A DNA stretch of 64,000 nt from Elusimicrobiota bacterium (GTDB taxonomy: Bacteria; Elusimicrobiota; Elusimicrobia; F11), in NCBI GenBank assembly GCA_046153645.1, contig JBJXGI010000056.1, positions 1-64,000 on the forward strand. Direction: 5' to 3'. A program made the translations under genes and the position numbers. Below, one piece after another: positions 49,275 through 58,336 of the stretch. The notes beneath the pieces are model-generated. The model saw only the letters and a program-made list of their open reading frames with translations, had not been told where the DNA came from and ran no database searches. The stretch's first letter is position 1. Each line of letters begins with the position of its first letter.

Positions 49275-51383
49275 GTGCCTGTCCGAGTTATTCCAGGAAA
49301 TTTTAAAAAAGTAAGAACCCATTGTAATTTGTGCGCGATGCAATGTGGTTTTCAACTGTTGGTTGAACCTGAGAATAATCAAGTCATTGGGGTGGAAGGG
49401 GATCCTGATTTTCCAACAACGCACGGACTCATGTGTGTAAAAGGGACCAATTCAACAAAACAAATTCATCACCAAGATAGAATATTAGCCCCTCTTATGC
49501 GGCCCCATCCTGAGGCCTCTTTTGCGCCCGTTTCTTGGAGTCGTGCCCTCGCTGAGTGCGCTGAAAAAATAAAGGCTATTCAGGAAAAATATGGGCTTGA
49601 TAGTTTTGCTGTTTATGGAGGAGGCGCCTTAACCAATGAAACAATTTACCTTCTTTCTAAGTTTACCCGAGTTGTTTTAAAAACACGGAACATCGATTAC
49701 AATGGCCGGTTTTGTATGTCTTCGGCAGCGGCAGCTCAAAATAAAGTTTTTGGGGTTGACCGAGGAATGCCTTTCCCCGTGAGTGATATTGCGAAGGCAA
49801 AATTTATTTTATTGGTGGGTGCCAATATTGCTGAATGTCTTCCTCCTATGATGGATGTTTTTAAAGAAGCACGTTCAAAAGGGGCGGTGGTTTTTTTAGT
49901 TGACCCTCGAAAAACAGATACCATGCGAGTTGCCGATAAACATCTTTGTATTGAACCGGGAACCGATATTGAATTTGCTAAAGCTGTATTACATGTGATG
50001 TTTAAAGAAAAGTGGGTGGATTATTCTTTTATAGAAACTCAAACGGAAAATTTTTCCCAATTAAAAAAATCAATGGAGTTATTTTCTTTAGAATCAGCTT
50101 CTCAGTTAACGGGCATTCCGGTGCAAGAGATAGAACTAACAGCCCGGCTCTTATTTCTCAGTGAGACTGCCATGATTTTATCTGCTCGTGGAGCTGAGCA
50201 ACAATCAAAAGGGGTGGATACTGTTATTTCTTTGATCAATCTTATTTTGGTCGCAGGGAAAATAGGTGTTCCCGGAAGTGGTTTTGGAACTTTGACAGGA
50301 CAAGGAAATGGTCAGGGGGGTAGAGAACATGGTCAAAAAGCAGACCAACTTCCCGGTTACCGCAAGATTGAAAATCCAAAACATCGAGAAGAGATAGCGA
50401 AAATTTGGCAAGTCAATCCTGCTGATTTGCCGGGAGCCGGTTTATCCGCTTATGAGCTATTAGATGCTATTGTTCGCAAAGAAATTAAAGGTTTATTTGT
50501 CATGGGGTCAAATCCCGTCATGTCCGCTCCTCAAGCCAAAGAGATAAAAAAAGCTTTTAAAGAATTAGAATTTTTGGCGGTCGTCGATTTTTTTCCTTCA
50601 GAAACAGTTGATTTGGCGCAGGTCGTTTTACCCACCACCATGTGGGCAGAAGAAATGGGAACCACGACCAATTTAGAGGGAAGGGTTCTTTTGCGAGAGA
50701 AAGCCATTCAGGCGCCTCCTGAGGTGAAGCCTGATTGGAGAATTCTTTGTGAGTTAGCAAAACATCTGAACCATCCTCAGGGTTTTTTATTTGATTTGAT
50801 TGAAAATGTTTTTGAGGAATTTACTCTCGCCACGAAGAATGGAATTGCTGATTATTCTGGAATTACCTACGACAAAATTAGAAAAGAAAAAGGGGTTCAT
50901 TGGCCTTGTGTTTCAGAAGAAGATAGGGGTACTCCAAGGTTATTTTTAGATAAAAAGTCGTGGCATCCGAATAAAAAATTTGTTTTTCATGATGTTTCTT
51001 ATCGCCCTATTGCGGAAAAGCCTGATTGTGAATTTCCTTATATTCTTACAACAGGACGTTTATTGCACCAATATCTGACGGGAAACCAAACGCATAGAAT
51101 TCCGGAATTGGAAGTTTTTAATAAAGAACCAAAAGCAGAAATACCAACTGAAGTAGCAGCCAAGCTTTCTCTTCAATCGGGAGACCTTGTTCGCCTCATT
51201 ACCCGACGAGGATCTGTTGAGATAAAAGTTAAAGTGATGGAGGGAATGAATTCTCTGACTGTTTTCGTTCCGTTTCATTGGGGAGGGGAACAATGTATTA
51301 ACCAATTGACGAATCCGGCATTAGACCCGGTTTCACGAATGCCTGAATTCAAAGCCTGCGCGGTAAAAATTGAAAAAATATGA
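49275..51383 (+). CDS. nasA: Assimilatory nitrate reductase catalytic subunit (Mo-bisMGD, 4Fe-4S)
   Basis: CNLCAMQC..CVKG, NGRFCMSSA, LTGQGNGQGGRE, DPVSRMPEFK; no signal peptide. Confidence 0.9.
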   Translation: MPVRVIPGNFKKVRTHCNLCAMQCGFQLLVEPENNQVIGVEGDPDFPTTHGLMCVKGTNSTKQIHHQDRILAPLMRPHPEASFAPVSWSRALAECAEKIKAIQEKYGLDSFAVYGGGALTNETIYLLSKFTRVVLKTRNIDYNGRFCMSSAAAAQNKVFGVDRGMPFPVSDIAKAKFILLVGANIAECLPPMMDVFKEARSKGAVVFLVDPRKTDTMRVADKHLCIEPGTDIEFAKAVLHVMFKEKWVDYSFIETQTENFSQLKKSMELFSLESASQLTGIPVQEIELTARLLFLSETAMILSARGAEQQSKGVDTVISLINLILVAGKIGVPGSGFGTLTGQGNGQGGREHGQKADQLPGYRKIENPKHREEIAKIWQVNPADLPGAGLSAYELLDAIVRKEIKGLFVMGSNPVMSAPQAKEIKKAFKELEFLAVVDFFPSETVDLAQVVLPTTMWAEEMGTTTNLEGRVLLREKAIQAPPEVKPDWRILCELAKHLNHPQGFLFDLIENVFEEFTLATKNGIADYSGITYDKIRKEKGVHWPCVSEEDRGTPRLFLDKKSWHPNKKFVFHDVSYRPIAEKPDCEFPYILTTGRLLHQYLTGNQTHRIPELEVFNKEPKAEIPTEVAAKLSLQSGDLVRLITRRGSVEIKVKVMEGMNSLTVFVPFHWGGEQCINQLTNPALDPVSRMPEFKACAVKIEKI

Positions 51384-51862
51384 AACGGCCATCATTATCG
51401 CATGTGGATGTTCAAGGTAAAATAAAAATGGTTGATGTGAGTGGGAAGTCAACAACCATGCGTGAAGCTTCTGCCTATGGGGAAGTTCACTTGAAAGCTC
51501 AAACCATTAAATTGATCAAAAACGGGCTTATGCGTAAAGGTGATGTTTTATCGACGGCTCGTTTGGCCGGAATTATGGCGGGAAAAAGGACGGATGAACT
51601 TATTCCCTTATGTCACTCTTTACAAATTGAGTCTTTAGATGTTTCTATAAAAGTTTTAACTCGTTCCATTCAAATTCAATCGAGAGTTGTCTGTGAGGGA
51701 AAAACAGGCGTTGAAATGGAAGCTCTCACGGCTGTGAGTGTTGCCGCCTTAACCATTTATGATATGGCCAAGGCCGTTGATAAAAATATTGTCATTGGGC
51801 CCATTTATCTTTCCGAAAAAAAAGGCGGGAAATCAGGGCATTTTAAAAGAGGAAAAATATAA
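51380..51862 (+). CDS. moaC: cPMP synthase
   Basis: MVDVS, LIPLCH, TGVEMEAL, GGKSG. Confidence 0.96.
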   Translation: MKRPSLSHVDVQGKIKMVDVSGKSTTMREASAYGEVHLKAQTIKLIKNGLMRKGDVLSTARLAGIMAGKRTDELIPLCHSLQIESLDVSIKVLTRSIQIQSRVVCEGKTGVEMEALTAVSVAALTIYDMAKAVDKNIVIGPIYLSEKKGGKSGHFKRGKI

Positions 51863-52101
51863 TGGTTCGTTGTCTTTTTTTTGCGCAGTGCTCGGACTGG
51901 ATGAAGGTGAAAGAATTAGAAATTCCACTTTTTTCTTCAATTTCGATTCAGCAACTATTAGAAAAAGATTTACGATTCATTCAATTAAACAATCGGAAAA
52001 GTTTTCTGAAGGTAGCCATTAATCAAGTGATGGTTGATTTTCAAACGGAGGTTAAAAATGGAGATGAAATTGCCTTTATGCCCCCTTTCAGTGGCGGATA
52101 A
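51862..52101 (+). CDS. moaD: Molybdopterin synthase sulfur carrier
   Basis: LFFA...GDEIAFMPPFSGG. Confidence 0.93.
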   Translation: MVRCLFFAQCSDWMKVKELEIPLFSSISIQQLLEKDLRFIQLNNRKSFLKVAINQVMVDFQTEVKNGDEIAFMPPFSGG

Positions 52102-52483
52102 AATAAAGCGGATAGTAAATGATCCTTTGAATCTTGACGATCTGATGCCACAGGTTTTTCATCGTGAGAAAGGCGCTGTTGTTACTTTTTCAGGAACGAT
52201 TCGAGATACAGAGGAAGGGAAAGCCATTCGAGGTATTTTTTATGAAGCTTATGCAGAAATGGCTGAAAAAGAATTGGAAAAAATAATTTTCAAAACCCAA
52301 GACAATTTAAATGTTTTAGTTGAAATAAAACATAAGGTCGGTTGGGTCAAAGTGGGAGAAGCCAGTTTGTTGGTTGCTTGTGCGGGTGTTCACCGCAAAG
52401 AAGCTTTTCTCGCGTGTGCAGAGGTTGTTGATCAAATTAAACAAAATGTTCCTATTTGGAAGGCGAGGTTTGATTTTTTATGA
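52091..52483 (+). CDS. moaE: Molybdopterin synthase catalytic subunit (start uncertain; ORF open from 52034)
   Basis: GAVVTFSGTIR, YEAYAEMA, HRKEAF, K..VPIWK. Confidence 0.92.
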   Translation: MADKIKRIVNDPLNLDDLMPQVFHREKGAVVTFSGTIRDTEEGKAIRGIFYEAYAEMAEKELEKIIFKTQDNLNVLVEIKHKVGWVKVGEASLLVACAGVHRKEAFLACAEVVDQIKQNVPIWKARFDFL

Positions 52484-52959
52484 AGGTAGGTATCTTAACG
52501 ATTAGTGATCGATCTTTTAATCATATTCGCCCAGATGAGGGCGGGCCGGCTTTAGCCAGTATTATTCATGAAAAAAAATGGGTCATTATCGCTCAGGAAA
52601 TTATTCCTGATGAACAATCAGAAATTAAAAAGTGTTTGATTCATTGGGCTGATCAAAAACATATCGATTTAATTCTCACAACAGGAGGGACGGGCCTTGG
52701 TCCGAGAGATGTTACCCCTGAGGCCACAATTGAGGTTTTAGAGAAACAATTGCCAGGATTGGTTGAGTTGATGAGAAGAGAGGGGTTAAAAGAAACCCCT
52801 TTTTCCGTATTGTCTCGCGCGCTGGCCGGAATAAGAGGGGAAAGCATAATCATCAACTTTCCAGGGAACCCTGAGGGAGCAAAAAAATCGTTAAGGTTAA
52901 TTTTGCCCTTGCTTGAACATGCGCACCAAATGATTTTAGGTCATGATCACACCAAATGA
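52480..52959 (+). CDS. mog: Molybdopterin adenylyltransferase (Mog/MoaB)
   Basis: LTISDR, TTGGTGLGPRDVTPEA, NFPGNP. Confidence 0.88.
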   Translation: MKVGILTISDRSFNHIRPDEGGPALASIIHEKKWVIIAQEIIPDEQSEIKKCLIHWADQKHIDLILTTGGTGLGPRDVTPEATIEVLEKQLPGLVELMRREGLKETPFSVLSRALAGIRGESIIINFPGNPEGAKKSLRLILPLLEHAHQMILGHDHTK

Positions 52960-54169
52960 AGCTTTAAAAATAATTTTAGAGAACACGGAGCCTTTATCTG
53001 AAGAGAAAATTTCTTTGGAAAAAAGTTATGGTCGTGTTTTATCGCGAGATATTTGGGCTGTTGAGAATTTGCCCTCTTTTGATAATTCTGCCATGGATGG
53101 TTTTGCCGTTCAGTCGAACAGTTTGTCAGGGGCCTCAGAAACCTCTCCGATTGTTTTACCTGTTCAATCTGTTTCAAAAGCGGGGACATCTTCTCCCCTT
53201 TCCTTAAAAGAAAAACATGCCATTCGAATTATGACCGGGGCTCCCATTCCACTGGGAGCTGATGCCATTGCCATTAAAGAAACCACTGATTCTCAGTCCT
53301 CAGACGAAGTTCGATTCTTTTATCCTGCCACTGGTGGGGATCATATTCGCAAAATGGGAGAAGACGTCAAGAAGGATGATTTATTACTTAAAAAAGGAAC
53401 TTCTTTAAGGTCGTATGAAATTTCTTTGTTGGCGGCTCAAGGAATAACACAGTTTTATGTGATTGGTTTGCCTCAAGTCTGTGTTATTTCTACGGGAGAT
53501 GAGTTGGTTTCCCCTTCGTCTGCGATCTCTTATGGGCAGATACGCAATTCGAATGGTCCAGCGATATCCTCTTCGTTAGCGCATTGGGGGGTTGAGGCTA
53601 TTGAATGTGAAATCGTCCCTGATAATTCAAAAAAGTTAGAAGAGGTTTTGCGGAAAAAACTTTCTAAAAATGATCTGTTCATTATTTCTGGTGGAGTTTC
53701 TGTGGGAGATTTTGATTTCACGAAAGAAACATTAGAGAAAATGGGTTTCCAAATTCTTTTTTGGAAAGCGGCCATAAAACCAGGAAAACCACTTCTGTTT
53801 GCTAAAAAAATGGATTCCGAAAGTCCAAAATATGTTTTTGGTTTACCTGGGAACCCGGTGTCGGCCTTGGTTTGTTTAGAAGAATTTGTTCGTGTAGCTC
53901 TTGAAAATTTAAAAGGTAAAAAGCCCACTTATCCCAGCTATCATTTGAAAGGAAATGTGACAAATTCTTATGTTAAACCCATGAACCGTCAGCAGTATAT
54001 TTTTTGTCAGGTGACTGAGTTAGAGAATCAATTTCAGATTGATATTATTCGCCCTCAAGGTGCGGCCATGATGGGAATGGCCACTCGAGCCAATGCACTT
54101 GCACTCGCTCCCATTGGAATTTCTCAGATAAAACCAGGTGATTTTTTGAATTTTCGCTGGCTTAAATAA
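52943..54169 (+). CDS. moeA: Molybdopterin molybdenumtransferase
   Basis: NSAMDGFA, IMTGAP, STGDEL, SGGVSVGDFD, GLPGNP. Confidence 0.95.
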   Translation: MITPNEALKIILENTEPLSEEKISLEKSYGRVLSRDIWAVENLPSFDNSAMDGFAVQSNSLSGASETSPIVLPVQSVSKAGTSSPLSLKEKHAIRIMTGAPIPLGADAIAIKETTDSQSSDEVRFFYPATGGDHIRKMGEDVKKDDLLLKKGTSLRSYEISLLAAQGITQFYVIGLPQVCVISTGDELVSPSSAISYGQIRNSNGPAISSSLAHWGVEAIECEIVPDNSKKLEEVLRKKLSKNDLFIISGGVSVGDFDFTKETLEKMGFQILFWKAAIKPGKPLLFAKKMDSESPKYVFGLPGNPVSALVCLEEFVRVALENLKGKKPTYPSYHLKGNVTNSYVKPMNRQQYIFCQVTELENQFQIDIIRPQGAAMMGMATRANALALAPIGISQIKPGDFLNFRWLK

Positions 54170-54780
54170 TGAAAGAGTTTACCGGTGTTATTTTAGCGGG
54201 GGGAAGAAGTCGACGGTTTGGCTCTCAAAAAGCTTTGGCTCCTTGGGGAGAGGAGACAGTGATAGAAACTCTGGCGCACACGTTATGTTCATTGACCCCT
54301 CATGTCATGGTGGTTGGAAAAGAAAAATGGAAGCTTGCTGGTTTAAAAAAAATCCGAATAATTGAAGATCATTTTCAGGATTTTCATGCCTTAGGTGGGA
54401 TTGTTACGGCACTCAGAGAAGCGCCAACGAATAAAGTATTTATTGTTAGTTGTGATATTCCTCTTCTTGAAATCAATCTCATTGAATTACTTCTTAAAAA
54501 TTGTTCTGAGTCATTGGCCACGATTCCCATCTGGGATCAAAACATTCAGCCGCTTTGCGGACTGTATTCTAAAAAGATTCTTCCCTTTCTTGAGCAAGCT
54601 TTAACGAACAATCATCATAAACTACAGGAAATTTTAACGGCTCTCCACGTCCAGTTTGTGCCAGAAATAGAATTGAAACATAATGGGGTCACACGTTGGA
54701 GTTTTTTTGATCTCGATACTCAAGAAGAATACGAATATGCAAAAAACAATTTTAAAAAAGAAATTATTTCCTCTCGGTGA
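54169..54780 (+). CDS. mobA: Molybdenum cofactor guanylyltransferase
   Basis: ILAGGRSRRFG..KA, SCDIP, QPLCGLY. Confidence 0.92.
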   Translation: MKEFTGVILAGGRSRRFGSQKALAPWGEETVIETLAHTLCSLTPHVMVVGKEKWKLAGLKKIRIIEDHFQDFHALGGIVTALREAPTNKVFIVSCDIPLLEINLIELLLKNCSESLATIPIWDQNIQPLCGLYSKKILPFLEQALTNNHHKLQEILTALHVQFVPEIELKHNGVTRWSFFDLDTQEEYEYAKNNFKKEIISSR

Positions 54781-55738
54781 TTTGATCGGGGCTTTTGGAG
54801 ATGTGGGAACGTTTGTTCCTCTATTTTCAAGTCTTGTTTTGGTTGTTGGTTTAAACCCTTTTCCTACGTTGTTTTGCGCTGGCTTTCTTTATGTGGCGGC
54901 AGCGATTTTTTTTAAGGTTCCCATTCCCGTTCAACCCTTAAAAACCATGGCGGCTTTGGTGATTGCCTCTCAATTTCCACTCCCAGTCGTCAAAGCGGCT
55001 GGTTTATTGATGGGTTTTGTATTAATTCTTGTCTCTTTGACCCGTGGTATTGAATGGGCTCAATTTTTGTTCCCGCCAGTGATCATTAAAGGGGTTCAGT
55101 TTGGAGCGGGTCTCATCTTGATTAAAACCGGCATCACTATGTTTTTCTCTTTTACTATGGAGGTCCCTTCCGTTTTAAGGGCGGATTATTTCCCTCAAGG
55201 TGAAGACTTTCTGAAAGCTTTTTTTGCCTTGGTTTTGCCGCAACTTCCCTTAACACTTGGAAATTCTCTCTTCGCCACCACGGATCTTTCTAAAGAATAT
55301 TATGGAGAAAAAGCTCATCGGGTTTCGGTTCGTAATTTGGGCTTATCTTTGGGATGGGCCAATATTATAACGGGTTTCTTGGGTGGTTTTCCTCTGTGTC
55401 ATGGATCTGGAGGGTTAACCGCACATCACCGATTTGGGGCTCGATCTTATAAATCAACATTTTTTTCAGGGATCCTATTTCTGTTTTTAGCCTTTTTTTC
55501 TTTGAAATATGGAATTGAATACCTAAAACATATCCCGACCTGGTTCTTGGGTGGTATGGTGATATACATCGGAATTTATCATGCGTTATTGCTAAAAAGT
55601 TTGAAGGCAAAAAAAGAACTGGCCGTTTTGATGGGGGTTTTAGGATTGTGGTCAGGCAATCTGGCACTTTCTCTCCTTATTGGAATTTTCGTGTTATTGA
55701 TGAGCCAAATTTATTCTAAATATTTTTCAGTGGCCTAG
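54737..55738 (+). CDS. MOT1-family molybdate transporter
   Basis: GAFGDVGTF, PVQPLK, PQLPLTLGNS, CHGSGG..AHHRFGAR; last gene of the Moco block. Confidence 0.82.
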   Translation: MQKTILKKKLFPLGDLIGAFGDVGTFVPLFSSLVLVVGLNPFPTLFCAGFLYVAAAIFFKVPIPVQPLKTMAALVIASQFPLPVVKAAGLLMGFVLILVSLTRGIEWAQFLFPPVIIKGVQFGAGLILIKTGITMFFSFTMEVPSVLRADYFPQGEDFLKAFFALVLPQLPLTLGNSLFATTDLSKEYYGEKAHRVSVRNLGLSLGWANIITGFLGGFPLCHGSGGLTAHHRFGARSYKSTFFSGILFLFLAFFSLKYGIEYLKHIPTWFLGGMVIYIGIYHALLLKSLKAKKELAVLMGVLGLWSGNLALSLLIGIFVLLMSQIYSKYFSVA

Positions 55739-55783
55739 TTTATTCCTCGCTTTTTATCACGAATCTCAATAGAATCCATTTTA

Positions 55784-56581
55784 ATGGAAAAAATAATCCT
55801 CAAAGACAAAGTGATTGTTATCACCGGCGCTTCCACTGGTATTGGAAAAGAGTTGGCTTTTGAATATGCACGTCGAGGGGCTAAGGTTGTGTTAGCTGCC
55901 AGATCAATTCCTTTAATAGAAGAAAACGCTTCTCTCATTGTGAAATCAGGTGGGGAAGCTTTACCTATCGCAACGGACATTTCCCAAAGGGATCAGATGG
56001 AAAGTTTAATAAAAAAATCCTGGGATAAATTTGGGCGAGTGGACATGCTCATTTGTAATGCCGGTATTTCTCCAGCCAAAGGTTCTCTTCTTGAAAATGA
56101 CGAAAAAGATATTCGAAACACAATGGAAGTTAATTTTATGGGAAGTGTTTATGGAATTCGAGCGGTGGTTCCTTATTTTGAAAAGCGTGGGGAAGGCCAG
56201 ATTATTTTAGTTACTTCTATTATTGGAAAAAGAGGGATTCCGTTTAATTCAGCTTACTGCGCTTCTAAGTTTGCTCTCCAGGGTTTAGCCGAATCCATTC
56301 GCCCGGAACTTATGGTTAAAAATATTCATTTGATGACAGTTTGTCCGGCAGGGGTTGATACACCCTTCTACTCTAATAATGGAAAATCGGAAAATAGAGA
56401 ATACAAGCTCCATTCTCCGGAAAAGATCGCTAGAATGATTGTAAATGCTTGTGAGAAAAAAGAACGTGAGTTATTGCCAACCTTTGATGCGAAGTTGTTG
56501 TATTGGGGAAATGTCTATTTCCCTAAATTTATGGATAAAATGATATTCAAAGTCAAAAAAGTGGGGGGAAAAATTAAATGA
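55784..56581 (+). CDS. Short-chain dehydrogenase/reductase
   Basis: TGASTGIG, NAG, YCASK. Confidence 0.92.
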   Translation: MEKIILKDKVIVITGASTGIGKELAFEYARRGAKVVLAARSIPLIEENASLIVKSGGEALPIATDISQRDQMESLIKKSWDKFGRVDMLICNAGISPAKGSLLENDEKDIRNTMEVNFMGSVYGIRAVVPYFEKRGEGQIILVTSIIGKRGIPFNSAYCASKFALQGLAESIRPELMVKNIHLMTVCPAGVDTPFYSNNGKSENREYKLHSPEKIARMIVNACEKKERELLPTFDAKLLYWGNVYFPKFMDKMIFKVKKVGGKIK

Positions 56582-57138
56582 AATTTATAATAGGGTCTAT
56601 TTTAGGAGCAGTGGTGTTGTTTTTCTGGGGTACACTTTCTTGGATGGTCCTTCCGCTTCATAACAAAGCGCTTAAACCTCTTCCTCAGGAAAGACTGATT
56701 CGGGATACCATTAAAACAGTGGTTAAAGAGCCAGGTGTTTATTTTTTCCCTTCAGGAATAGATTCTGATGGCAATAAGCTTGATCAGAGTGTGCTTCAAG
56801 AGTCCATGCGACAAGGCCCCAATGGTTTTATGGCCTTAAATATAAATGATGGGGGAATGAATGGGAAAACATTTCTTATTAGTTTTTTGACAGGGCTTAT
56901 AACCGCTGCTTTATGTTTATGGGTTTTATTTCGCATGAAAGATTCCGTGAAGACATATTTCACTCGTGTGGCGGCGGTTGTCACGATTGGGTTTATTGGC
57001 TGGGTTTCTTTTGAAATTCCTTATTGGAATTGGTTCTTTTTCTCGACCGCCCACACATTTGCTGCGTTTATAGATGCGATTGTCGGTTTTGGACTTTTGG
57101 GTTTGGTCATAGCTAAATTTGTACCTGAGGAAAACTAA
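56578..57138 (+). CDS. Conserved membrane protein (about 4 TM)
   Basis: Hydrophobic segments; WGTLSWMVLP.H and PGVYFFP. Confidence 0.7.
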   Translation: MKFIIGSILGAVVLFFWGTLSWMVLPLHNKALKPLPQERLIRDTIKTVVKEPGVYFFPSGIDSDGNKLDQSVLQESMRQGPNGFMALNINDGGMNGKTFLISFLTGLITAALCLWVLFRMKDSVKTYFTRVAAVVTIGFIGWVSFEIPYWNWFFFSTAHTFAAFIDAIVGFGLLGLVIAKFVPEEN

Positions 57139-57139
57139 A

Positions 57140-57694
57140 TTGAATAAAAAATCTGGGAAATCAATAAAAAAATCTAGGTTTAAACAGGCGCCGGTGGCCG
57201 ATCCTTTTCGGGATTCGGTAACAGGTTTATATAGTCTTGAATTATTACGCCAGCGAATAAAAGAGGTTATGGCTAAGTCAAACCGGAGCCACGAAAAATG
57301 GGCGCTTATTCTATGGGATATAGATGGGTTTATTTCTTTTAATAATAAGTTTGGGCGATCGAGTGGCGATCTATTATTGAAAAAAGTGGGGGAAAGCATT
57401 CGCGCTTCTTTGCGAGAATATGACGAAGCCTTTCGTGGTGAAACAGACGAATTTTATGCGATTGTTCAACCATCCAGCCCTGAATCGGCTCAGCAAATTA
57501 TCTCACGTGTTTCAGATACGGTATCGCGCAATCTCTTTGATAAAAACACAGAATATGCTGACCATTCTTTTTCGCTGTCCGCCGGAGTGGTTTTTTATCC
57601 AGGAGAAAATTCTATTCCTGAGGCTCTTATTCACGCCGCCCATCAAGATATGTATGCAAAGCAGCGAGATTTGAAGAGCAAAAATATTAAATAA
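57140..57694 (+). CDS. Stand-alone GGDEF domain protein with degenerate active site
   Basis: DSVTGLY, DIDGF..FN..FG...GD; motif reads RGETDEF; TTG start after GAGG assumed. Confidence 0.8.
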   Translation: MNKKSGKSIKKSRFKQAPVADPFRDSVTGLYSLELLRQRIKEVMAKSNRSHEKWALILWDIDGFISFNNKFGRSSGDLLLKKVGESIRASLREYDEAFRGETDEFYAIVQPSSPESAQQIISRVSDTVSRNLFDKNTEYADHSFSLSAGVVFYPGENSIPEALIHAAHQDMYAKQRDLKSKNIK

Positions 57695-57703
57695 AGAAAT
57701 AAG

Positions 57704-57732
57704 TTGACATACCTACATAAGTAGTGTATTTT
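57704..57732 (+). promoter_or_regulatory. lexA promoter with a candidate operator in the spacer
   Basis: TTGACA(57704)-N17-TATTTT(57727); CTAC-ATAA-GTAG palindrome between them. Confidence 0.6.
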
Positions 57733-57739
57733 GCTGCTT

Positions 57740-58333
57740 ATGGAGAAAATACCCCTCACACCTAAACAACAGGCGATATTTGAGTTCATTCAATCTTATA
57801 TCGATGAAAATCAAATTCCCCCTTCGCTCCGAGACATCGGAAAACATTTTGATGTTTCGGTTGGCACCGTACAAGATCAGGTAGAAGCCATTCAACGCAA
57901 AGGTTACCTTGATAAAACCCAAACCAAAGCTCGGTCGCTTAAACTCCCTACGCTTTCCGGTTTTCTTCCTATTTTGGGGCGGGTTCATGCGGGGCCCTTA
58001 CATGCCGCTATTGAAAATGTAGAGGGTCATGTTCCAGTAGGGAAAAATCTAAACATATCGCACCATTTTGCATTAAAGATCAAAGGCGATTCCATGGTTG
58101 ACGCCGGAATTCAAGAGGGTGATATTGTTTTAGTTAGGTCTCAGCGTTATGCCAATGCGGGTGATATTGTGGTGGCAATGATTGAAGATGAAGCGACGGT
58201 AAAACGATACAAAGTTTCTAAAGAGGGGCCTTATCTCCAACCAGAAAATCCTAAATATGAACCCATTAAAGACACACCTTTTGATGTTGTAGGAATTGTC
58301 ATTGAACTTCGTAGGTCATTTAACAGGAGCTAA
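57740..58333 (+). CDS. lexA: SOS repressor LexA
   Basis: LTPKQ..I..FI wHTH, PPSLRDI, Ala-Gly cleavage site (VHAG), GDSM serine, TVKR lysine. Confidence 0.95.
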   Translation: MEKIPLTPKQQAIFEFIQSYIDENQIPPSLRDIGKHFDVSVGTVQDQVEAIQRKGYLDKTQTKARSLKLPTLSGFLPILGRVHAGPLHAAIENVEGHVPVGKNLNISHHFALKIKGDSMVDAGIQEGDIVLVRSQRYANAGDIVVAMIEDEATVKRYKVSKEGPYLQPENPKYEPIKDTPFDVVGIVIELRRSFNRS

Positions 58334-58336
58334 TAT

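Noticed and set aside
49275..51383. Periplasmic NapA or formate dehydrogenase
   Set aside because: No Tat signal and no napB/C/D or fdh partners; motifs and context fit an assimilatory nitrate reductase
56926..57399. 157-aa minus-strand ORF and the many other short antisense or alternate-frame ORFs in the track
   Set aside because: They overlap well-supported genes and have no recognisable motifs; treated as shadow ORFs
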